Below, piece by piece: positions 34,665 through 45,869 of a stretch of 64,000 nt of DNA. Under the pieces are notes generated by a model. That model made no database searches. It was given only the letters and a program-made list of their open reading frames with translations, and was not told the DNA's origin. Positions within the stretch are counted from its first letter, which is position 1, and each line of letters opens with the position of its first letter. The DNA comes from Ascoidea asiatica JCM 7603 (Eukaryota; Fungi; Ascomycota). The position numbers and the translations under genes were made by a program. The DNA lies in NCBI GenBank assembly GCA_001600695.1, contig BCKQ01000011.1:513413-577412 (forward strand). The letters run 5' to 3'.

Positions 34665-35579
34665 ATGTCGATTAGTTTGAAAAAAGAATTCAAATTGAAC
34701 TCTGGTGGAACAATTCCAAGTATTGGAATAGGAACTTGGCAAAGTGATGGAAATTCAGTTTGTTATGCTTTACAACATGGATTTCGTCATATTGATGGAG
34801 CATGGGCATATGGAAATTTAGAAGATGTATCGAAAGGAATTAAAGATTCTAAAATTCCAAGAGATTTAATTTTTTATACAGATAAATTACCAAATACTTG
34901 GCATAGTAGATCAAAAGAATGTTTTTCAAAAACATTCGAAAAATTAGGTGGTCTAGACAATATTAAATATATTGATTTATGGTTAATGCATTGGCCAACA
35001 CCTTTAAATCCTAAAGGTAATAATGATAAAACTCCAAGAAAAAAAGATGGTAGTGTTGATTTTGAAGAGAATTGGGATTTTATTAAAACTTGGAAATCAA
35101 TGGAAAATATTTATGAAAATAATAAAGATAAATTAAAATCAATTGGTGTTGCAAATTTTGATATTGAACATTTAGAATTATTATTAAAAAATTGTAAAAT
35201 TATACCTTCAGTTAATCAAGTTGAATTACATCCAAATAATCCACAACCTGAATTGAAAAAATATTGTGATAGTAAAGGAATTCAATTAGTTGCATATTCA
35301 CCATTAGGATCAGTTGGATCCGATTTAATGAAAAATGAAAAAATTAAAGAAATTGCAATTAGAAATAATAGATCAGTTGCTCAATGTTTAATTAGTTGGG
35401 GTATTTATCAAGGATGGGCTGTAATTCCAAAATCTTCATCTCCTGAAAGAATCCAAGAAAACTTTGACGTTAAACCACTATCAAAAGAAGATTATGATTT
35501 AATAAGTAAAATTGGTAGTGAAAAACATAAAAGATATATAAGACCAGATTGGTATATTTTTGATGACAAAGATGATTAA
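34665..35579 (+). CDS. Aldo-keto reductase (Gcy1/Ypr1-like)
   Basis: IGIGTWQS, HIDGAWAY, DKL, LMHWP, SIGVANF, NQVELHP, AYSPLG, IPKS. Confidence 0.93.
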   Translation: MSISLKKEFKLNSGGTIPSIGIGTWQSDGNSVCYALQHGFRHIDGAWAYGNLEDVSKGIKDSKIPRDLIFYTDKLPNTWHSRSKECFSKTFEKLGGLDNIKYIDLWLMHWPTPLNPKGNNDKTPRKKDGSVDFEENWDFIKTWKSMENIYENNKDKLKSIGVANFDIEHLELLLKNCKIIPSVNQVELHPNNPQPELKKYCDSKGIQLVAYSPLGSVGSDLMKNEKIKEIAIRNNRSVAQCLISWGIYQGWAVIPKSSSPERIQENFDVKPLSKEDYDLISKIGSEKHKRYIRPDWYIFDDKDD

Positions 35580-36205
35580 TCAATTGATTAGACATGACAA
35601 ATCAGTAACTAATGAATCTGAAGTAACCACCATTTAAATAAATAATCATTAAATAATTAATCATTAAAATATTCGAATATAATACTGGGAGTTTGTACCT
35701 GCATATAAACGCACCGAAGGCAACCAGTCCAACGGCTTCAAACCCGTTGAAACGGAAAGGTTCGTTAACAAGTTCGTCAGAGGTTGTTTTTTTCGGAAGT
35801 GTTCTTTAAAAAACATTTGTGGCGCAGGGGGTTCGCTAGTATCGGAAATGTTCCGGCGCGGATAGACCCGAGCGGAGAACTGCGACAAGAGGAAGAAAAT
35901 CTTCTTGAAATCGAGTTTGATCTTGGTCTTTATTTAAGTTCAGCGTTGATTATTAGTAATTAAGGAGTAAATAAGGATTCTATGATTTCGATAAGGAATC
36001 TTTGCTGAGAATTAATCTTACAAACTTTAAAGATATTAATATGGTAATAAATATTCTTGTATTTCTTAATAGCAATATTTCAAAAATCATATAATGTTCT
36101 CTTTTTTTTTGTATATACAATATATAAGATATTAATTGTCATTGGTATATCAATTATATAGTAAAATAATCAAATAACATCAGTAACAATATTTTATATA
36201 TCAAT

Positions 36206-37498
36206 ATGAGTAAAGATTTTAGTAAATTAAGTCCAAAGACTCAAGAAATTTATGATTTATATCATGATCATATATCTTGTGGATTTTCTCCTTTACCTGT
36301 TGCAATTATTAAAGCTAAAGGTTCAAAATTATGGGATATTGATAATAAAGAATATATTGATTTTTTATCAATGTTTGCAGTTACAAATATGGGACATTCT
36401 CATCCAAAAATTGTTAAAGCTGCTCAATTAGCTTTAGAAAATTCTGCAATTATAAATACATCAATTTTAAGTCCATCATTAGCAAAATTTTCTTTAAAAT
36501 TATGTAAATTTTTAAATTATAATGATGGAAAATTTGTACCAATGACAAGTGGTGCAGAAGCTGCTGATTCTGCTGTTAAAATTGCAAGAAAATGGGGTTA
36601 TGAAATCAAAAAAATTCCAATTAATGAAGCTATTATACTTACAGCTACATCTTGTTATCATGGTTTAACAGTTTCAACACATTCTATGGCTTCAAAACCA
36701 AATCCAATTTTTGGTCCATATGTTAATAATGTTGGTTCAACATTACCTGATGGTGAAATTTCAAAATTTGGTGATATTAAAAGTTTAAAATTAATTATAG
36801 AAAAATATCATAAAAATATTGCAGGTTTTATGGTTGAAGCAATTCAAGGTTCCGCTGGTATAGTATGTCCTCCGGATGATTATATTAAAGAAGCTTTCAA
36901 TCTTTGTCAAAAATTTAATATATTATTTATTGCAGATGAAGTTCAAACTGGTTTTGGTAGAGCTGGTTATAAATTAGCTTGTTTTAAATATAATATAAAA
37001 CCCGATTTAATCTGTCTTGGTAAGGCAATTTCTGGGGGATTAATTCCATTTTCAGGTGTTCTTGGTAAAAAACAAGTAATGGATATTCTTAAAGCTAATG
37101 AATTAGGTTCAACAATGGCTGGTAATCCACCAGCAACTGAAGCTGGAATGGCTGCAATTGATGTATTTGAAGAAGAAAAATTAGATGAAAGGTCTTTAAA
37201 ATTAGGTGAAATATTAGTTAAAGAAATGGAAAAAATAAATCCTCCACATTTTATTGGTTTTGATGGTCAAGCGTTATTTAGATCTGTTTTACTTGATGGT
37301 AAAATTAATCCAAGAAGATTAGTGGCATTATGTGCTCAAAGAGGACTAATTTGTAATGCTACATCTAGTGGTAGAATTAGATTATGTCCAGCTCTTACAA
37401 TTCCTGAAGAAGAATTGCTTAAAGGAATTGAAATATTTTGTAATTGTTTGAAAGAAATTGATGAAATAAAAGGTGATATTATCGGAGAATATATATAA
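36206..37498 (+). CDS. Class III PLP aminotransferase, ornithine aminotransferase-like but divergent
   Basis: YIDFLS, MTSGAEA, IADEVQTGFGR, LGKAISGG (PLP lysine), GSTMAGNP, IRLCP. Confidence 0.92.
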   Translation: MSKDFSKLSPKTQEIYDLYHDHISCGFSPLPVAIIKAKGSKLWDIDNKEYIDFLSMFAVTNMGHSHPKIVKAAQLALENSAIINTSILSPSLAKFSLKLCKFLNYNDGKFVPMTSGAEAADSAVKIARKWGYEIKKIPINEAIILTATSCYHGLTVSTHSMASKPNPIFGPYVNNVGSTLPDGEISKFGDIKSLKLIIEKYHKNIAGFMVEAIQGSAGIVCPPDDYIKEAFNLCQKFNILFIADEVQTGFGRAGYKLACFKYNIKPDLICLGKAISGGLIPFSGVLGKKQVMDILKANELGSTMAGNPPATEAGMAAIDVFEEEKLDERSLKLGEILVKEMEKINPPHFIGFDGQALFRSVLLDGKINPRRLVALCAQRGLICNATSSGRIRLCPALTIPEEELLKGIEIFCNCLKEIDEIKGDIIGEYI

Positions 37499-37630
37499 TA
37501 AATCTACATTATATAACAATTATTGTCAATACATTTTTATATTCCTGAATAAATTAATACCAATGAATGAAATAAAAAAGAACAAAAGAAATTTTGGTGA
37601 ACTAACTTAAAAATTCTTTTAATAAAATAT

Positions 37631-37703
37631 TGCCTTCAGCCTGATTCGAACAGACGATCTCCTCATTACTAGTGAGGTGCCTTACCAACTTGGCCATAAA
37701 GGC
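37631..37703 (-). tRNA. tRNA-Thr(AGT), identical to the copy at 9022-9094
   Basis: Exact reverse complement of 9022-9094. Confidence 0.96.
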
Positions 37704-38789
37704 AATTAGATATACTCTTTTTTAAACTGCTAAATAATATCAAACAGCTCTTTGCGTATTTTAAATTTTATGTTTTAACCCAGTTGTTTTATTGGGCTTT
37801 AAAGTTGAATATTACTGTAAATGGATGTTGTTTTGTGTAGTGTATCACGTGATTTATCAAACCGAAACTTCTCGTAGCGAACCAGGCACAGACAGATTCT
37901 TGCCAGAAATTACAAAATAATAGAAATAGAAATGATGAGACAATGGAAATGGTAAGGGAAATAGAAATAATCAAAAAAAAATATTCAAGCGTAAATGCAT
38001 AGAAATAGGTGAAGGATATGTGATTTCAGTTACTTATTTGCATGTTGTTGAGAATCATGAATAGAATACTTCACATTTGTCTTCGTGCTCTGTCATCTCA
38101 AATGGTGAGTGTTTGATGGGGTTGTTTTATGGGGTGTTTGAGGGATGATTAGCTTGTTTGAATCATTATCTATCTGCATATTTCAGACCTTTATCTGAGT
38201 GGGTGAGTAAAGAAAAAAATATTCAAGTGATCAAAGATTTCCTGAATAATCTATATTCAAATCCAACTCAGAGAATTGAATTACAAGAATAAAACTATTC
38301 TTCAAGTTCAATAAACAAATACTTATGAAGGAACTCAGAAATCGCTCCCCACCGTTACTTTATATGAATAACTGTGATTTAGTAATTTAGTTTGTAATAG
38401 AAATCCTTATTCAATGAAATATATTTATATACAGTATTTTTTTTATCAATGTTTGTTTTAACAAAGATATAAAATAGTCACTTAACAATTTTCAATCATG
38501 TATTAAAAGAAATCTGATGTAATATTTTTATGTCATAATATCCTTCTGGAATAACATTATTCCAGAATAATTATTGATAATTAGCTAAAATTATATTTGC
38601 ATAGGGCAGATAGATAATAATTTAAAAAAAAATATTCTAATATAATTTTCAAATGACAACTTTTGTCTAAACTTTCTATGACTATGATTTAATTTAAATA
38701 CTCCTTGAAATCTTATAATTTATATATTCAAAAATTTTTTTGTTTTCAAAAATTAATAAAAATAAGTTATAATAATTCATATATAAAAA

Positions 38790-39998
38790 ATGCTTAGAGT
38801 CATTTCAAATTCTTTATCAAATCCTATTCTTTTGAATAGAACAATAGTTCCATCAACCATATCTTTAATTAGATTATCTTCAAATATTTCTCATATTTCT
38901 TCTATTTCTCAAAATAATTTAAGAAGATTCAATTCTTCATATTCAATACCTAAAACTCAAAAAGCATATATATTTAACCATCAGACTGGAAAATTACAAT
39001 TTGTTAATGATTATCCAGTTCCAAAATTAAATTCAAATCAAGTTTTATTAAAAACTAAAGCTGTTGGTTTATGTCATTCAGATTTAAGTATATTAGAAGG
39101 TTTAAGTTTACCTTTTAAAAAATCCTTTATTATGGGTCATGAAATTTGTGGTGAAATAGTCGATACTAATTTACCAGATTCTAATTTATCATTAAAAAAA
39201 ATATTTGAAATTGGTAAAACATATACTGTTCAAGGTGTTAATCCTTGTGGAGAATGTTCAAGTTGTTTAAAAGGTTTTGAAACAACTTGTACAGGAAATC
39301 AAGGTATTTGGTATGGTATTGGTAGAGATGGTGGTTATGGTGAATATTTACCTGTTGATATTAAACATCTTATAAAAGTTCCAGAATCTTTACAAAATAG
39401 TCCAGAAGTTTGTTCAATTGCAACAGATGCTGTTTTAACTCCATATCATGCTTTGAAAAAAATTAAAAATTTAAATGGAATGCATAAAATCTTAATAATT
39501 GGTTTAGGAGGTTTAGGTTTAAATGCTGTTCAATTAGCTAAAAAAGCTTTTGGTGCTTATGTTATTTGTTCTGATTTTAAAGAAAGTCAAAGATTAAAAG
39601 CTAAAGAATTTGGTGCTGATGAAGTTTATGAAACTTTACCAACTTCATCATTAGATGTAGATTCTGTTCTTGATTTTGTTTCAATTTCTCCAACTGTTTC
39701 AACTGGTATATTTCATCTTAAATCTCAAGGTCAATTAATCCTAGTTGGTATTAATCCAAAAGGATTTGCTTTATCAATAAAAGAAATTACTCAAGTTTTA
39801 GCAAAAGAATTAATAATACAATCTACTTTTTGGGGAACTAAACAGGATCAAATTGAAGTATTGGATCTAATAGGAAATAAAAAAATTAATCCAAAATATA
39901 AAACTTTCTCTTTATTCAAAGACTTGAAAGCTCAAATGGATGTAATGGCTGAAGGTAAAATGGTTGATAGAGCTGTATTCATTCCTAAGTCTGAATAA
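38790..39998 (+). CDS. Zn-dependent (secondary) alcohol dehydrogenase/carbonyl reductase with mitochondrial presequence
   Basis: GLCHSD, MGHE, CGECSSC..C structural Zn site, ATDAVLTPYHA, GLGGLG; about 50-aa Arg/Ser/Leu-rich acid-free N-terminus. Confidence 0.9.
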   Translation: MLRVISNSLSNPILLNRTIVPSTISLIRLSSNISHISSISQNNLRRFNSSYSIPKTQKAYIFNHQTGKLQFVNDYPVPKLNSNQVLLKTKAVGLCHSDLSILEGLSLPFKKSFIMGHEICGEIVDTNLPDSNLSLKKIFEIGKTYTVQGVNPCGECSSCLKGFETTCTGNQGIWYGIGRDGGYGEYLPVDIKHLIKVPESLQNSPEVCSIATDAVLTPYHALKKIKNLNGMHKILIIGLGGLGLNAVQLAKKAFGAYVICSDFKESQRLKAKEFGADEVYETLPTSSLDVDSVLDFVSISPTVSTGIFHLKSQGQLILVGINPKGFALSIKEITQVLAKELIIQSTFWGTKQDQIEVLDLIGNKKINPKYKTFSLFKDLKAQMDVMAEGKMVDRAVFIPKSE

Positions 39999-40588
39999 AT
40001 CTATTTTTTTCGTTTTTTAAATGTTTGTTCTTTGTTCTTTCTTTTTTCTTTATTGCCTTTTGCAAAACAATTTTTTATAATAATTAATGACATTTTTCTC
40101 TTTCAAGTAAAATATTACCCAATAGCTAATATTTTTTATAGTAATTCAACTTTTCATTTTTTTCATTTTTCTTTGTTTTTGATGATTTCAAAATCCTTTT
40201 TATTAATAATCTGTTAACTCATTTATCCTCGATCGTTTTCCACTTTTGAGACCTGAACTTTTATTAAAAAGGATAATTTTGGATTATGATGAGTACTTCA
40301 AACTAATATAATCATTCTCAAAATTGTTTTCATTATTACTGTACTGGATAAATAAGTTTTCATTTATTTTAAAAAATTTTTTCGGTTTATTTTTTGTAAA
40401 TTTCACACAAAATAATCTTTCTATTAGTTGAAAAGATAGTGTTAGAATAAAATACATTTCGTTTGAAAATATAAAAAAAAAAATGCTTTATTGATTTATT
40501 GATTTAAGTTTAAAATAATTCCTTTTAATTTATGTATCAAATAAAATTATTTATGTATCAAATAAAATTATTTATGCACTAAGTAAAA

Positions 40589-42673
40589 TTATTTAGAAAT
40601 TAAGTCAAGATTAAATTTAATTGCGCTTAAAGTACTATCCAATTTATTTTTAATTGAATCTTTGATATTTGATTTTAATTTAATTTCATCAACTAATCTA
40701 ATCAAATAAGTTAAGTCGATTTTATTAGAGTTGAATGAAGTTCCAATTAAATTGCATATACATCTCAAACACATTAATAGTATACTAACATTTGAATTGT
40801 TGAAATTTTCAATATTTTTTTCATTTTCTTTAGTTTTAAAAGAATCTAAAATTTTTGAAATTATTAATTCGATTTGATTATTATTTTCAGTTGATGATGG
40901 TAAAAATTCTATAATTATTCTTAATAAATCATAACCAACTAATTTGTTATTAGGAGGCCAGTTATTAATTATTGTTGAAGAATAATTGAATAATTTTAAA
41001 GAAGATTCAGGATTTTTTTTAAAATCTAAACTTTTTAAATCATTTAAGATTTCATTTAATTCATCGTTTGAGAATTTATGACTAATATTCAAATTAACAT
41101 CATCATTACCCTTTTTAATACCTTTTAAAATTAAATCACTTTTGAAACTTTCAAATTTTTTTGAATCTTTTAAAATTTTATCTTTATCATTATAAGAATC
41201 AGAATATGGATTATAGATTTCATTTGAATTATTTGAAGATAAATTACTTTGTTGAGTATTGGTTAGAATAAAATTAACAACTTGATCTAAATAACTTGAA
41301 GGCAAATCATTTTCTGATAAAAAATTTTCTGCAGCTGTAAAAGGAGATTCAGTCAAATTATAACATAATTTTAAAGGTGGTTCATTTTCTTTTATATCAA
41401 CATCAAAAATAAAATCAAATTTTTTACCATTCATTTCTTTTTTTAAATCACTTGATTGAGTATTAGAACCAACAATATCACCAATTTTAATCCATTTTGA
41501 TTCAATTGAAGACCATTGGTAAGCTTCTTTTTTATTTAATTCAGTATTATCAATTAATAAAATTTCACCATCTTTTTTACCTTTTTTTTTCAAAAAAGAT
41601 TTATTTTTGATTTCGGTTTTATTTAAATCTAAAGTTTGTTGATTAATTGCAGAATTTTCAACATCTTTTAAAAAATTATTATGTTTTATAATATTAATTC
41701 TATTAATATCATTTGAAAAAATATAAATATAACCATCAGAACCTGCAGTTACAATATCATTATTTGGAAAAGCAGAACAAGACCAGATTGAAATACAAGG
41801 TAAATATATAGTTTGAATACAATTAACATTATTTAAATCTTTTAAATTCCAAATTCTTAAAGATCTATCTTCACCAGAAGATAAAATATGATTATCATTT
41901 AATAAAGATAAATTATAAATAAAAGAAGTATGACCAGATAATTGATTAATTAAATTATAAGGTTTATTTAAATTCCAAATTTTAATAATTGAATCATTTG
42001 AACAAGTTAAAAATATATTTTTTTTTTTTAAAATTAAAATTTTTCTAATAACATCATTATGAGCATTATTAATTGTATGAATACAATTTTGATTTTCCCA
42101 GATTTTTATTGATTTATCTGCAGAACAAGTTATGAAATGATTAAAATTTATAAATTTTGAATCCCAAATAACATTTGAATGACCAATTAATTTATATTTT
42201 AATTTAAAATTTTCCCAAATTATTGTAAAATTATCCCAAGATGAACTAATTATTAAATTTTTAAAATCATTTGTAATTGGATCTTTATAATTAATTGAAT
42301 CTAATGAACATATATTTGATTCATGACCAATTAAACAATATTTTGGTTGTAAAATTTCATTATTATTTGATAAAGTAGATAATTCAGTTATATTAATTAA
42401 TTTATCCTGACCACCAGAAATAATTAAATCATTTTCATTTTCATCTTGAAAATCTTGGTGATCTTCTTCTGTTTTTTTCAAAATCGATAAGGAATTTAAA
42501 AACCCAGTTGAAATATAATTTACATTAGTTTCCCATGTTTTTGAAGTAGAATTAAATTTAGTGACTTTCAAATTTGCATCTCTTGACACAGTAACTATTG
42601 TATCGTTATAAGGAGTCCTAACATCCTTAACATCTTGATCATGAACTTTGATAGAATCAGATAATTTATACAT
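40589..42673 (-). CDS. DOA1: WD40-PFU-PUL ubiquitin/Cdc48 adaptor
   Basis: HDQDVKDV, GHESNICSL, GHTSFIY, SSGEDRSLRIW WD repeats; PFU FDFIFDVDIKENEPPLKL..YLDQVVNFI. Confidence 0.93.
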   Translation of the reverse strand: MYKLSDSIKVHDQDVKDVRTPYNDTIVTVSRDANLKVTKFNSTSKTWETNVNYISTGFLNSLSILKKTEEDHQDFQDENENDLIISGGQDKLINITELSTLSNNNEILQPKYCLIGHESNICSLDSINYKDPITNDFKNLIISSSWDNFTIIWENFKLKYKLIGHSNVIWDSKFINFNHFITCSADKSIKIWENQNCIHTINNAHNDVIRKILILKKKNIFLTCSNDSIIKIWNLNKPYNLINQLSGHTSFIYNLSLLNDNHILSSGEDRSLRIWNLKDLNNVNCIQTIYLPCISIWSCSAFPNNDIVTAGSDGYIYIFSNDINRINIIKHNNFLKDVENSAINQQTLDLNKTEIKNKSFLKKKGKKDGEILLIDNTELNKKEAYQWSSIESKWIKIGDIVGSNTQSSDLKKEMNGKKFDFIFDVDIKENEPPLKLCYNLTESPFTAAENFLSENDLPSSYLDQVVNFILTNTQQSNLSSNNSNEIYNPYSDSYNDKDKILKDSKKFESFKSDLILKGIKKGNDDVNLNISHKFSNDELNEILNDLKSLDFKKNPESSLKLFNYSSTIINNWPPNNKLVGYDLLRIIIEFLPSSTENNNQIELIISKILDSFKTKENEKNIENFNNSNVSILLMCLRCICNLIGTSFNSNKIDLTYLIRLVDEIKLKSNIKDSIKNKLDSTLSAIKFNLDLISK

Positions 42674-43622
42674 TTTTTGAGAATTACTGATTTGATTATA
42701 AATTGATTAGAGTTGAATGAATTAATGAGATTTTTTTGAAAAAAACACAAAATTTGTCTATAAATGAGTAAAAAGAGGCAATTGGTTTCATCAATTGGAT
42801 AATCAATGCAAATAAGAAAGGAATTGAGTGGACAAATTCTAGTAATAGCCTGGATTATCAATTATAAATAAGCAATTATCAACTATGAATCATAAACTTC
42901 TTTTTATTTCATTCACTTCATCTATGTTAATTATTTCCTGATTTCATTCCTCCATTTCCTTTATATTGTTTGCTTCGCTTATTTCGAAACTCGTAAAGTG
43001 CCAAATTCCAAAGAAGGTTCAAGTCACATGAATCAAGTGGCAAAAATAAAATTACAGAAATCAAGGATTGCTAATAAATTACATAATCCGTGCTCATTTC
43101 CATTACCAGGATACAGTACGTCATTAAGGTTATTAATCCTTGTTCAGGAACTGTGTGGTGTGGCTGTAATACGGTTTTTGTGGCGGTGTCCGTTTTATGT
43201 GGCTGGTTCTGCTTGTTTCTGTTTTTTTCTTCTCGCTCAGCGGCATTTGCGATTGAAGCACTCAATTCAATTTCTCTTTTTCTGCATCTTTTATTTTATT
43301 TTGCAATCTCTGAATTAAAACAGTTTTAGACACATTCAATAATTTGCCATCTAAAAATTAATTAACCAACTGCTACTCAATCAATAGTTCATATTCAATC
43401 TTTGTTAATTGTTAATTGATAATCAATAATCCTTAATCATTAATCATTAATTGATAAACTGTTAGTGTAATTGATACATATTAATTCAATTTTGTCAAGT
43501 GAAAATTATTTATAAGTGCTATTACTTATTTACCTACTTATTTCATTCATATATTCAATATCAAAAGTTTATATTTTTATATCTTTATATAATCTCAATT
43601 ATTTCATATATTATATGGAAAA

Positions 43623-44588
43623 ATGTCTCAATATATTGGTAAAACAATCTCTTTGATATCAAATAAAGGTATTAGATATGTTGGTATATTAGATAATATC
43701 AATGGTGAGGATGCCACTGTTGCCTTAAGAAAAGTTAAAGCTTTAGGAACTGAAGGTAGAACTGGTGATCCATTAAAAGAGATCCCTCCAACTTTAGATA
43801 CCTATGATTATGTTGTATTTAGAGGTTCTGATGTTAAAGATTTATCTGTTTTAGATGTCCCCCCTGAACAAGTTTTACCTCAAGTTCTTTCTTTTGCATC
43901 TCAGCCTGTTCAACATCAACCATCTGTTCCTCCTTCTCAAGCTCAACCTCAACCTCAAGTTCAACCCCAAGTTCAACCTCCACCTCAACAACAACAACCA
44001 CAACAATCTCAAGCCTCCTCTCAATATCCTTCTAGTTATCCCCAACAACCATATCAAAGACAATCTCAACAATTACCTCAACAAGCTTCTCAAAAACCTC
44101 CTCAACAATATTCGCAATCACTTCCTCCAAAACCTCAAGTTCCTCAACAAAAATATCAATATCAACAATCAAATTCCCCTTCAAAAATTCCTTCTTCTAT
44201 TTCTTCTCTTCCAAAAAAACCAATTAGTAAAACTACAACCTCTCAAATACCTTCTGCTGATTTTGATGATTTAGATAATTCTGAAAATTCTGATAATTCT
44301 TCTATATTATCTGTTCCTTCAAATAAATCTCCAATTATTCAAAATAATAATATTAATAGAGATGCTCCATTACCTCCTTCATCTGATTCAAATAAAAAAA
44401 TTGATAACAATTATAATACTTTACATTCTTCTCCTGAAAAAATCGCTCCTGTTAAACCTTATAAAGGTGATCAACACGATTATATTCAAAGCCAAGCCAA
44501 AGAATATGGTTATAATAAACAATTTAATAATGATCATAACCCAAATTCAAATACTAAAAATCATTATAATAAATCCTATTATAACAAC

Positions 44589-44627
<39 letters not shown>

Positions 44628-45416
44628 CGTCGTTTCATAAATAACAATAATAATAATGTAGATAGTTTAAAAACTGAGATTTCAAAACAAGATTTTAATA
44701 AAGATTTTGATTTTCAATCAAATAATGAAAAATTTAATAAAATTGATAGTTTGAGTGAATTCAATGAATTAAAATTGAAAAATAATAAATTTTCAAATAT
44801 TAATAATAATATAAAAAATATTGATAATAATAATTTAAATGATTCTAAAAAAGTTAATGATAATAGTCTTCAAAATGAAAATGAAATGGACAGTAAAATT
44901 GGTGATAAAATTGAAGATAAAACTGAAATCGAAGGTGAAAATATTAACAATAATACTACGAATGGTGATGACAATGATTTAAAAAAAGAAATACTTAAAA
45001 AATTACCAGCTCCAGAAACTTTTTATAATAAAAAATCATCATTTTTCGATAATATTTCTTCATCTGCAAATGAAGAAAATAATAATCGTAGTCAAAATAG
45101 AAGAGGTAGAGGTAATAATAGATACAGAGGTAATAATTATAATAACAATTATAATAGAAGAAGATATAATAATAATTATAATAATGATAATAATGATAAT
45201 AATAATGAACATGGAGAAGATAATGATTTAAATAATGAAAAGAATAATCCAAACTCTTCAAATTATAGAAATAATTATAACAATTACAATAATAATAATA
45301 GAGGTAATTCTAGAGGTAGAGGAAGTTTCAATAAATCCAGAGGTAGTTTCAATAACTATAATAATTTCAATAAAAATAATAATTATAGAAAAAATGAGGA
45401 GGAACCTCAATGGTGA
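43623..45416 (+). CDS. SCD6: Lsm14-family translation repressor
   Basis: MSQYIGKTISLIS..GTEGR..YVVFRGSDVKDL LSm domain; DFDFQSNNEKFNK; FYNKKSSFFDNIS; RG-rich tail. Confidence 0.93.
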
Positions 45417-45869
45417 TTAAATTTTATAAAAAATTGCATTTTAAATATAATTTATTAATATAAATATTAAAATAATGAATTTTTTTTCAAATTATATATA
45501 TATAAATGATTTTATTTACCTTTATTATTTTTTCTCTTATTTTCTTTACTTACTTACTATTTTTTTCATCTATCTATTTATTTATCTATTTATTTATCAC
45601 TCTTAGTTTTACTTATTATTGTTGCTGATAATTCTATAAAGTTATTATTTTATTTTTTTGTGTTTTCTTTACTGTTTCACTATTTTTTAAATTGTAACAT
45701 TTATAAATTATTCATTCTTTTTCATTTAAAAATTCTTATTTTATTTATTCAAAAAAAAAATTATTTTACTTATTTTATTCATTCTTTTATTTAATTTTTT
45801 TTTAAATAATTACAATTATCTACAAAAATAATAAATTTTTTTTAACATTTTCTTTTTTCAACTTATATT

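Noticed and set aside
40529-40575. 21-bp tandem duplication at the DOA1 3' end
   Set aside because: Ordinary slippage duplication in an AT-rich terminator region
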